From the NCBI GenBank assembly GCA_028023455.1, contig JAQFVV010000003.1, positions 10,354,001 through 10,418,000 of the forward strand: DNA of 64,000 bases, given 5' to 3'. Positions within the stretch are counted from its first letter, which is position 1. Each line of letters opens with the position of its first letter. A program made the translations under genes and the position numbers. The DNA comes from Epiperipatus broadwayi. Its lineage: Eukaryota > Animalia > Onychophora. Of this stretch, positions 37,900 to 50,300 are shown piece after piece. The notes under the pieces were generated by a model. That model was not told the origin of the DNA. It made no database searches and saw only the letters and a program-made list of their open reading frames with translations.

Positions 37900-38664
37900 A
37901 TTAATAAATTATGCAGCTACATTAGCGCACCAAAAAAAATCTACTATAATCATCATCATTGGGCCTTAATACACTGGGCAACACAAAAAATTCTATAGTT
38001 AATCATCTATCAACCAATCAAGCCACTATGTTGCGCCAGAACGCCTCACCAGGATCATCATCATCAATCAATCATGCCTAGTTACCCAATCATTAACCAA
38101 TCAATGTCAATCGATGTCCAAAATTGGCACACCAGAAAATGTTAACTAATCTTAAAAATATACTAAACTACTCAATGCCAAGACATCTAAGCACCACAAT
38201 CCAACCTAGACTATGTGTAACTCCACTACACATCACACATCCACATTGGTCACCAGAAAATCTAGTCCAATCATCATCATTGCACAATTGATTGAGCTAC
38301 CACTTTCATACAACAAAATTCGTATTGCAATCTATCTACTAAGATGTCAAATATATCTCAAGCCACCATAATGGACATACAGAAAACATACTTCTCATCA
38401 TCATCAGTCAATCGATCTAGGCCACATGATGGGTGTACAGAAAACGTATACTGAGATCATCATCATCATCACTATGACTAAACGTGAGCCCATCAATCCC
38501 AAAATATGTCCACCAGGCTGCAATGTATCTATCGGGCCACCATGATTGGCTGTGCCAGAAACTTAGCCAAGATCATCATCAGTCGATCAATCGATCGAAC
38601 CAGGCCATGTTGAGGCCACTGAGGCTATATCAGAGCCACTGAAGCTATGTCAAGGCCCCACGAT
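37900..38664 (+). repeat. Degenerate tandem repeat (ccagaaa...atcatcatc...caatcgatc..gccac units, ~60-130 bp)
   Basis: Recurring motifs at ~37930, 38035, 38130, 38250, 38380, 38435, 38550 and 38670, leading into the 38665-38862 terminus. Confidence 0.6.
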
Positions 38665-38862
38665 GGGCCAGCCAGAAACATAGCCTATAACCTACACTCC
38701 CAACACCGCTCATATATATTACATTAACGAAATGCCCAGGCACCAGTTCTATTAATGAATAGAACAATATAATAAAATATATAATATAAAATTATTACTG
38801 AGACTCTATACTTAAGTTTATGTTCAGCTCAGCTCAGTGGGAGGCTATAGGCAGTTCAAAAG
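38665..38862 (+). repeat. ~200-bp terminal segment, inverted partner of 33757-33953
   Basis: Ends ggcagttcaaaag followed by atatata. Confidence 0.9.
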
Positions 38863-40369
38863 ATATATAATAATAAATGAATAAAGGAAGAAATATTATA
38901 AAACATTCAATATATTGTAAATTCCTTTGTTAATTGATTGTATGATAAAGAATCATAATGTTTACTTAGTACAGTCTATTAAAAATATACTTTAAACTTA
39001 ATTTCTTCCTTCATCCAAGTATAACATATATCAGCTTGCTATAATTATATTCGTAGACAATTTTGTTACTTGGCATATCATAATTTAAACATTTACTCTA
39101 ATGCCAATCAAGAAATAAATAATAAGATCTCAGGGAATTTAATAAACACAGTTGAATTAAATAAACTACATTGCCCATAAGTTATAATTATAAAGTATGC
39201 TAAAATATAATGAAACAAATTGACTAAATATTTTACTGTGCTTCAATAATAAGATAATGACAGAGATAGGGTATTTTAATCTCATATCATCATCTAACGA
39301 ATATACTGACTTGGCAACCTTTCTAATACGTTTATCAAGTGGCAAATACTCTTTATAATGTTTGGATTAAGAAATACAATATTGTCAGACACTAGCAAAT
39401 TTAATATGATAACTTTAAAATAGTATATCTGTTTTATAATAGATTTATACAATGTGGAGATGTGGAAATGGAAATACGAATGTATACAAAAAAATAACTC
39501 ACGACACAGTTGTTTTAAATTTAAATAACTAAATACATCATTTATTACAAATAAACAAAATAAATTGGGATGAACATAATATTTACAAAATAGGTCTTCG
39601 TTTTATAGACCTTTAAATTATTAAATAAATCTTTAGCATCAGTTTGGGATTCCTACTATCTAAACAAACTAATAATAAACTTAAAGATCCCGACTTGGAA
39701 CACATACTTGCTTAGATGTTTTATCCATACGACAATGAATAAATGAAATATCATATTATTATCACAACAAAAAAAATATATATATAAATACTTTCGAGAG
39801 GATATTACGGTTGATTGACAAAATAAATCAAACCATTAATCTTTGGCTTTCAGCAAAACAACTTTCTCTAATTGACTAAATAATAATTCCAATTCCTTAT
39901 ACCTTTCATACATAGCAAAATCATGTTTATTCTGATGATTTGATGATTAATTTTTACTTAAATAGATACATTGTATTTTAAAATACTTATTTCCTGTTTA
40001 AATCTTAATGTTTTATACCTTTATTAACTGAATTTAGTATATTTCCGAGCATTTATTTCTCATTTTTATATTTCATAATTCTATACCTCAATTCGCGATA
40101 TTATCTATATTACGCGTGTGTGTGTACGTTCAAGCAGCAATATTATAAAACAATCTTTTCTGTAAACTCTCCCTTCATTAAGAAAATATCACATAATTAA
40201 TTTATTTCGAACAATGTCGTAAATCCTCCATAAATATGACACTAGTACTACATCCAGAATTAATCTAACAATTTGTCTAACCACTTTTTAATTAACACAA
40301 AGCTATATTTTATGATTTTACATACAACACGTTATAAAGGGAATATACATGAGGAGCAGATAAACATCT

Positions 40370-40760
40370 ATTGAACACTTCTACCAGAATTCACCTAATT
40401 CCACATATACCTTTGGTGGAGAACATCTACTCAACACCAAGAATCCAAGAAAAAACGTCATATCACTTCCTAAGCATCATTTAATCATCTTTTAACAATA
40501 ACTCCTTTACTTCAAAATACATTATTTGGTGGGGATTTTAAATTCCACAACACCAGGACCCTAAGAACATCACTTCAAAAATATCATTAATCATACGCAT
40601 ATAAAATAAACTAGGCTCTACTCATGGAAATTATTAACATATATTAAATAAGCAAGATCTTTTATCCTTATAAATATTACAACGCAGTCAGATTTCTTTC
40701 TATTATCATAGCTTCTAAAATATTGAACCTTATAAATACATGCTAGCAGACAAATACCTA
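40370..40760 (+). pseudogene. Possible LINE APE-endonuclease relic
   Basis: 'FYQNSPNS' and 'LFGGDFKFH' resemble Y.PP and GGDFN. Many stops. Confidence 0.25.
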
Positions 40761-42186
40761 CAGATAATACATCAATCTGTTCAACTCAGGAAATACGACA
40801 CTGTACGAATTTATGCATAAAATATTCACAAATTATACTTTATCACACAAATATTACAATTGTGCAAAACAAACACACCCCGCGAATAAAAATATATATA
40901 ACATTAACCCTAAATTACGCACTAAGCAGGTAATATGATAATTAAATATTGCATTAAGGTATAATTTTTTTAATTTAATAAACTTTAGGTTACTTTTAAG
41001 ATTTAATGCTTCTAATTATTATGAACGAACTTTCTTTATATTTAACAAGCTATTTTTATTATACGTTCGTTAATTCAAAAAAAATAAATAATAATAATAA
41101 TAACAATAATAATTCTCACTTTAAGATAATAAATGCAAAATGAATGTAAACCTCTCTAATAATATATTATTAAAATTATTTCTTTCATCCTCGTAAGAAA
41201 AATAATAAGACCTATTTGAACACAATCAATATTTTTACCGGCGTACTACTTTTTTTTTTAGTAACGCATTTTCCGAGACGGTCTTGAAAATCAAAATAAC
41301 ATAGATTATAACATAAACATAATAATAATAAAGCTTCTCTATCCATTATATACATTATATGAGTTAAGTAATAAAAAAAAATAAAAAGATAAAAACACAA
41401 AAGTTATTAGTTTTGTAATCTGAATAAAAAAGTTCATTTGCCAAGCTTCCTCCGGGATATTATAATAAACAACGTAGGACACATTCCAAACCGACTTTAA
41501 ATTAAATGCACTTCTGCAGTATAACTTAAAAAAAATATATAAGTTTAACTTAAATAAACCCACTACTTTCCAATATTCATAACATATCCATTGAGATACC
41601 AAATCACAAGCAGTTAATTTCTCCTTTATTATACTGAGAAATATACGATATTCCTCGTGCCGTTCTGGGTTAAATACGCAATTGTCCTTATTATTTTGAA
41701 TAGCATTATCCACTGTAAATTGTCTTTAGTAATTCCGTGATTAATAATGCTTTATTTGATATTCCGTTTTTATTGAAGAGAACTAAATTTACCAGCAATT
41801 TTGTCCATCAAATTCAATTCAAACAGAAGTAGTTATATTTTATTTCCTTAATTTATAAATGCGTATTAGCTCCAGATATATATCCAATAAATGAGTATTG
41901 TTATCTAATTACGAAGAATTTAAACATGGTATGCTCTATCAAGATAGACACATCCTTAAGTCTATGTATAATCCTCGCAAGACATAGCACGAAAAATAGT
42001 GAGAATAATATGTATTCTATATAACAGTTCTGCACACGTTTTCCATATATCAAAAAAAAAAAATACGTTGCTTAATGATAAAATAATAATACTTATGTGA
42101 ATCATTCTTATTTAAAACTGAAATAAAATAAAATAATATAGACTGCATGATATTAATATACATCTTCACAAGAGCAATAGTGACGA

Positions 42187-43250
42187 AAAGATTAGTTTAG
42201 AATGTTTAAATTGAAAGAGAATAAGCAAAGCGAGTACCTTTATAAAGTTTAGTGCTGCATATTGAAATTAGTTCCTTCCATAATATATTTCTTCTAATCT
42301 GACTTCAGCAATTAACTTTAGTTGTTTGAAAAATATAAGCCACTGTCTTTTTGGCTATAATTCTTTACAAAGCTAATTTTTTTTACATACTGGAGATCTT
42401 TGTTACAAGCTCTCTCTTTTGCAACAGTTCATTTTTGTCTTTTTTTTACTAGCTTACTCCCACGCATTTTTCCAGCTCTACTAATTACATATGCAAAAAA
42501 AAAAAAAAAATCTTTACAACAAAAAAAAAAAAAAGATTTTGATTTTCAGAATTAAATGACAAAAAAAAAAAAAATACAAATAATGAAATAAATAGCTTTT
42601 ACAAACCTGAAAGAAAAATGAATATTAATTAACCATCAAATAAAAATGATTAATAATTTATTTAATTTGTAAAATAATTTATTGATCTAACTATCTATTA
42701 ATTATTGGAAAGAAATATATATTTGTTAATTATTTAAGATAACTACTGTAATTTAAATATTTTTATTGTGAATGTACTATTGTTTGCTATTATTTAAAGG
42801 ATGAAAATGAGATGAAACCTAAGGCAAAATCATACAGGCATACACATGCATGCACTACAATCTAAATATTGAACTACCTTAATTAAATCTAATCAAAACT
42901 GCTATTAACTGTTGACAAAAAGGATAAGAATTAATAAATAAAGGATTTTAAAACCATTCAACTAAATATTACACTAACATAGGATCACTTTGCATTTTTC
43001 CAACAAAATATATCAATTTCATTAACAAACCACCCCCCTTCCTTACATTATATACCCCATTAACCACAATAATACTAATGAATACTTATCAAGTGGTCAA
43101 TAAACTGCATAACAACCCATATTTAAACCTTAAATAATCTTGTTCAAAAATTTTTAAAATTCTAAGGCTATTTCATTTTTTTTATAATACTATATAGCTA
43201 TTTATCTAAGATACAAGGTATCTTAGACCCCTGTGCCCATTCAGATGGTC

Positions 43251-43253
<3 letters not shown>
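42187..43253 (-). mobile_element. 5' LTR (or second LTR copy) of the gag-only element
   Basis: Starts TGTGACCATCTG next to (TA)n at 43254-43281. It differs from 33954-35009 by only a few substitutions plus homopolymer lengths. Confidence 0.85.
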
Positions 43254-43281
<28 letters not shown>

Positions 43282-43317
43282 GACCATAATATCTTTACCT
43301 GCTTTTTATATATATAT

Positions 43318-44240
43318 TGTAACCTTTAAAGAAGGCAAGAAAAATGGTGGAAAAGATGAAAATAATGATAAACCAAAAAAATGGAAATGGAGAAGAAATG
43401 GAACATGAGATGAGAGGGGGTGCTAATTGTAACCTTTATTAATGAAATGAAGAGATGGGGTAGGTGATGATGATGATGAAGATAAGGTGAAATGATGAAA
43501 CTATCAGAGATAAATTAATTAAGCAGAAGAGAAAAAAGATGAGATGATGATGAAGAAAGAGAAACATAATGGAATGAAAATTATAAACTAATCTATAAGA
43601 GACTATTTGAAAGGAAGAAGATGGAGATGATTAAATGGTGAAGATATTAGATAAAAATGAATATGAAGATGGAAAAGGATGAAATGAAATGGAGATGACA
43701 AAATGAAATGAACTAATCTACTCTAAATTATTTGGATGGAAGATGATTATACTATTAGAGACTCCTAGTGACTTGGCTCAGTGGGGTTACAATAAAAATT
43801 TAAGAAAGAATGATGATCCAGAGATATACAATCGGATAGAGACCAAATCCAATACCAATGCAAATATAACTATTATAGCATATTAATAATTTAACATAGA
43901 TAATATAAAAGATAATTTAAATCATTAGTTAATAGTTATTAGAATCGGCCTACTATCAGATCATACACTCTGAATAACACAAATTATACTTTGTTTGGAA
44001 GGATTATCTCACTAAATTATAACTAACAAGGCAACAAGAGTAAACAATCTCAGGGGTTTTAAAACTAAACTCTTGTGCAAGATAAAAGTTTAAGTTGCCT
44101 AATAAATGATTGCTTGGATAAATAAACAAGTGAGTGATATCTTGGCCGACCATAAGATAACTATCTTATGTTCAATCATGGAGTAATAAACAAAAAAAAA
44201 TATTAATCCAAAGATTTGATTAATTAATCTAAATTTAAAT
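43318..44240 (+). mobile_element. LTR-like element starting TGTAACC after (TA)n, with a purine-rich atg/aaatg repeat region
   Basis: TGTAACCTTTA at 43318, repeated at ~43428. The right boundary is uncertain. Confidence 0.35.
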
Positions 44241-47200
44241 TAATAATGGCCTATTACCCAAGACATCACTTGAGCAAGGAAAAGGACAAGGGTACTTTTT
44301 ATGCCTTTCCCCATACTCACAGACAACCTACTAAGGACCTTAAATGCAGATGGATTTGAAAATTTTAAAAATATACAAGATGATGATAGATAATGTGCAG
44401 CTTTAAAAATAAATAGTAAATACTTTTCTGAAGCACTAATATTCTTCATTTCACACTGCATAATCTTCAGTCTAAGAAGATATAATAATAACTTAAAAAA
44501 TCAACTTTAAAATGAGCATTCTATTAAATATCTGTAATTATGTGATTATCTGTTACTGTGATTCAATCTGAGAATCACTTAGATTAGCATGGCTTTATAT
44601 AATTTAAACCAGTATAAAATATATTTTGTATACTTTATGAAATTTTTGTGAACCTTTGGAACTCGAGACAACAATATTTCATATAAAAGTAAAACAAACA
44701 GAAATGAAACTTTTAAAATAATAATAATTTGGTTTATTAATAATAATAAAAAATAAAAAAATATTTACAAACAAAATTAAAAATTACTGGAATAAACATT
44801 GCCAAGATAGCGCTGAAATCTTTTAAAACATTTTGACTCTCAAAGTTTGTTTTGACTTACAAAATTATAACATTTTGTCTGACTAAAGTTACTGAGTATT
44901 CCTCTTTAACTCTTTTTTTTTAAACTGTTTATTTTAATAAACACACAAAAAAAATAAATAAATACAAGAGTAAGCAGAGGCTATTTGATATTAAACTCTA
45001 ATCTCTTTAAATAATTAGAGATTCTAAATCTTTTATACTTTAATTACAATGGTATGAGTTTAACAAACATAATTCTATTTTGATTGGCATATTTAATAAT
45101 ACTGTGGTGTCATTTAACAACCAGAATAACACACTAATAGGTTTATATTTATTACCCTAAGCTAAGCAAATGCTAAGCTGGGACTAGCATATACAGCATA
45201 TATTTTAAATTATCATTAGTTACACTAACACTATTAATATTATAGCTAGTGGTGCATTTAAGTAAGACTAAGCTAACTTTAAATTAAATTAGATGCATGG
45301 GCCACTCACTCATCAGAGGTAATTTATACACATATTTCCAAAAATTCTGTCCACATAAAATTATTAAACCAAATGTTTTAAAACTGAAATTTAAAAGACT
45401 TACAATTCCAGTGGTGAAAACTCTGGATGAACATATTAAACTACTTAGTATGTGTGTATTGCCACTTATAACCATATGCATAATTTACATACTTATAAAT
45501 TATTGTTGGTTGGTTTGTGGATGATAAAACTATCATAACAGCACAATTCAGACATTGATATACCTTTAAGCATTAAAAATAGCTAAATACAACCTGAAGA
45601 AGCAAAGTTCCTCAAACAAACATATCTTGTCATTACATATCTAAAACAAATGCAACATCACCTACTGTGGTGGAACTAGCATTAATACATCATGAGTGAT
45701 AGGCCAAAATAAATACATAATACATATATGCTCCACAGAGCTGAACAACTTCCTAAGAATGTGGTGGCTTCCAAAAATACCTATCTTTGAGGCAGAAAAT
45801 AGGATGCCTGGACCTTGTCTCAGCGCATCAGGAAAGAAAGATGCACCAGGAAAGTGGGATCCTCTTCATGGGATCTAAGCACTTCAAAATATGTGATCAC
45901 AATCACTAGAAATACAAATATCTGATATACAATAATCCTCAATGGGAACGAGCATCATCACCTCATGGAAAAGCAATACAATAAGGATGGAGGACCTTGT
46001 CTACTCCATTAAGCATACTAATAATAATTAACAAAGCCTTGCTCTATGAGGCTAACAAATACTAAACTAATAACAAGATATAAACATCACTTGAACTGAC
46101 TAAGTCATCAATAAGAATTTTAAAATACAACACATATAATCAATGTCAGAACCAACAATGCAAACTATGTCAACTGACTAATATAAGAATTACTTAAAAA
46201 TTAAATGCATATAAAAATTCTAGGCAAATGTACAATGCACACATATAAAATATTAAATATTAAAATATAGTCATTAGTGGACATTTAAAAGATTGCAAAT
46301 TAAATGTGAGAAAATTTCTCAATGCGTATATAAAAATATTTGCGGTTATTATTAATGTAGCATTTATAAAACAAATGAATGGAAACCCTCTGATAAACCT
46401 CTTTGGCTGATTTTAAATAAAACTGAGTGAAATACCACACATATAAATAAGCTAAGAATGAGATATTAAAATCTCCAGGAATAAAATTATTAAATATAAG
46501 TTAACTTGTGAGACGTTTAACAAATATAACAATACTAATATGACCTGAGAATGGTAGAATATCTACTCATTCTAATAAACCCATTAAGACTAAAATTATA
46601 ACATTAATTTACCTGGCATATTTATACCAAACAGTATTATACATATTTAAAAAAATATATATAGCATAAATATTTTTCTGGTTTCTTTTTTTTTAAAACC
46701 AATAAAACACGCAAAATAAAAATACAATAACTTTAGTTCATAGCTTCAGCTTCCTCTATACTGGTTTTTCTGTTCAAGACATTTACATAATTTATTAAAT
46801 ATTATTTATCTGATGGCGTGAAGCTTCTGGTCAAAACATTTAACTTAAACATGGCAAAGATTTCCAAATGAAACATATTTAATAGTTCTTTAAAGTTAAT
46901 GTAATTTCTTCCTTTAAAGATATTTTAGTTTAAATAAACAATATAATAAAACATTAAAATAATACTAATAAAATAAAAGGATGAGCCGGCAATAAAATGA
47001 TGTGTAAAACAAATGATTCAGCTGAGAATATCATTATGGGATCCTGGGTTTAGTTATATAATAATACAGTGTCATTTTAATTCCATTTTTTTTTAAAGAA
47101 CGCATTTTTAAACAATTTTACTCTTTTTTAAATTATTTTCACGTACAATATTTTAATTTTACTTCCAAATAATTTATCTTTATTCTTCTTCATATAAGAG

Positions 47201-48883
47201 TGGGAGTATTTTGCAAGTAGAAATTTCCATCTGTTTTAAGAGTTAGGAATAATTGTCACAAATTTCACATATAGATTTAAGCAAATATAACAGTTCATTA
47301 TATTATACCATACATTTGACAAATAAAAGTTCGTCCTTAATTAATTTCAATGCAAAACATTTTTTATAAAACTATTTTAGAAGCAAATGATTAATATAAT
47401 ATATAGGATACTTGAAATCAGCTCTAAATGAATTTAACAAGGATATTGAAGCTTTTTTGAAATATACAATAAAGTGGTACAAATGTTTTACACTTTCTTC
47501 ATTGAAATTGTCTTTTATCTAATGAATAACTAAGTAATTCTTGACCATAAAAGTTTGGTGCAATAAAGTCATTTAACCATAAATATATTAATTGTCTATA
47601 TCTTAAATTTATTTCATGGAAGATATAAGTTATGCAGTTAGAAGATGAGATAGCAGATATAAAATTTCCTTTGAACATTTTTACTATAGCTTTTAAGAGT
47701 ATTAATTGAAAGTCAATGACAAGAAATGGTTACCTTTTTCTTTTTAGCAGTTGTTCATTATAATATTGGAAAAATTAAATATATTCTAACATACTTCTGT
47801 TTTAAAAATAATAAAGTTTTTAAAAAAAATTACAATTTATTTTAGGAGAAGAAAGATTTCAGGAAACTTCGGGATTCAATAACACACACATAAAAATACA
47901 ATAAAACCTATTTATAATAATTATTTCTATCCCCTCCCAGAATTTTTAATGTCAATTTATTTTAATCAACCAATAAATATAATTTATTTCATTTTAACTG
48001 TAATTCTTTTTTTAAATCAGCTCAAAAAATTGACAACTGACATAATTTTGATCTATTTATTTGAAAATCATGTGGTTTAATGACTCCAAATTAAAAGTTA
48101 ATTATTAGCTTTTATGTAATCTTGAAAATAAAAAAAATGTATTACATAAAAATAAAAATAGGAATACTGATATAAAATTAAAACCAATTTCATTTATCAA
48201 TAGACCTTTTAAACATTTAATTATACTGATTTTATTCATTCATTTGTTTTCTTGTTAATTTAATATTGTAGTTAAATTGTTATTTATTCATTTACCTCTT
48301 ACATTTCTATGCATGCATACACACTGACACAGTGATGACCTTTAACCTGACCTCCACTAATTAATTATAACTTTTTAATGATTACAAATAAAAATATTAA
48401 TGAATATAATATTAGAAATAACTTTTAACAGGTTAAAGCTAATTTACATTAAACATTTAATTACTATTTAGCTTTAATAAATCTAAAGATTAATTTTAAA
48501 CCAATTTGATATTATTTATTTTATTTATAATATTAACTCAATTATTAGTTATAAACTAGAAATAAATAAAACAGAAGTTATTTTATGATACAGTTAACAT
48601 CATTTATTATTATTTTAAATACTAACCTAAATATTTACTTTGAAAAAATGCTATCTTATATCTCCTACAAACTAATTATAATTATGTTACTTACTTTGCA
48701 CATATAATTATATAAAATTTATTAAATATCACTACATTATCAATTATTATGACATCTTATTCATTAACTAACCAATTTCTTCTTTTTTATCATTATTTTT
48801 TTTAAAACAGATAATTGCAATAAAATAGTTAAGCTAAGATAAACTCTGGCACCTATTGGAGCCAAATGAAGTTTCACTTATGT

Positions 48884-48886
<3 letters not shown>

Positions 48887-48971
<85 letters not shown>
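48887..48971. repeat. (TA)n microsatellite
   Basis: Perfect ~85-bp AT run preceded by TGTACA. Confidence 0.98.
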
Positions 48972-48974
<3 letters not shown>

Positions 48975-49964
48975 TGGTTACCACTTGTAATAAATATATA
49001 TTGTCAAAATTTAATTGTTGTAACATCATTTCTTGCAATGTTTATATGTTTTTAAATACAGTTATAAATCACCATTTTGCAGTAAATAAATTTAGATGTC
49101 ATCATTTTTCCAAATTAATTGATTAATTAAAGTTTTTCAGAAGTTCCTGCATAGTTGTTATTTTCTTATATCACAAGATTAAAAAATTATTGCCAGACTA
49201 ATACATGTGTGACATTTCATTACAGACTAATACTATTATATAAGTACCATTATTAAACTACAGAGAATACTAAAGAAGAGTGTGTGGAAATTCAGCTCCA
49301 AAGAACCGATCAACCACTTGTAGTGGAATGCTTCAGTACATGCCCAAAGAAGGGATCAACCACTTGTAGCTGCAATCCAGCAACTTATAAAAACTATTCC
49401 ATGTAGTTATTTTACTTGAGCTGAATTTTTTTAAATAAAGAAGAAAATTTCTCACAGTAACTTAATATTTAAAATTAAAACTGATATAAATTAATAGTAA
49501 TAAGTAAAATTATCTAGGAACATTCTCTCTGTGTGTATATTCAAAACAGGAAGTATTAAAAAAGTCATTAAGCTGTATAATTAGAAGTGGATTGAGCAGG
49601 GAATTACAAATAACCCAAAACAACATATACAGCAATTAACCAATAATGTATAAATATATGTTTTCTTTAATGATAATGTTCTGACTATAAATACCAACTA
49701 ACTAATTAGACTGGGGATCTTTGGATACAACATGGACTTGGAAGTCATGTGAACTTGACCCAGCCATATTTACTCAGTAGAATCCCTGCTAAAGGTGTAG
49801 AAAAGAGATGTAGATAATAAAGAGACTGTCATCATCTATATTATTGTTTTTGTATGCCATATGACTTTTTATTTTGTTTATTTATTACTAATGTGATTGC
49901 TTAGATATTAATGTACTTCTTATATGTAATCTTGATCACTATATATATATATATATATATATAT

Positions 49965-50300
49965 TGTAACAGTCAAGTTTGTACATTCACGTAACAGAAT
50001 TCAGAATCCAAGCAAAAAAGACCAAAGCTGACCAGACTAGGACTGTGACATCCCAAGTCCGACCACACTTCAACTCATAAGCCAGTATTTCAAAACTCAA
50101 GACCCTACAAATGACCACCTTGAAATTACATGTAGTATACCTCTTTCCTCACAGCTGACATAGGTCACGGAGATGCAGTAAGATTCTGATAAATAAAAGA
50201 AAGGTTCTTAATTGTCAAAAATATATCACTAATTTAATTTAACTAATGCATAGTTTTCACATATATAGACTATAAATAATAATTAAAATTGGATTGAATT
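49965..50300 (+). mobile_element. Start of a TGTAACAGTC-family LTR-like element
   Basis: Follows (TA)n at 49940-49964 and shares TGTAACAGTCA, cagaattca and aaa.ctga.ca..ctagga with 16581. The right end was not established; it may extend to ~53051. Confidence 0.45.

Noticed and set aside
43775-43790. tRNA/SINE A-box-like TGGCTCAGTGG (similar TAGCTCAGTGG at ~27991)
   Set aside because: No B-box (GTTCRA) at suitable spacing and no cloverleaf.
45600-46050. LINE endonuclease relic ('YIYAP')
   Set aside because: A single short motif with no supporting neighbours.
49280-49370. Two copies of ccaaagaa..gatcaaccacttgtag as a CRISPR-like repeat
   Set aside because: Only two units in a eukaryotic context, with no cas genes; a simple local duplication.
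49695-49725. tagactggggatctttggat resembles the hammerhead element's tagtctggggatattggat
   Set aside because: The match is under 25 bp, has no upstream core and does not extend.
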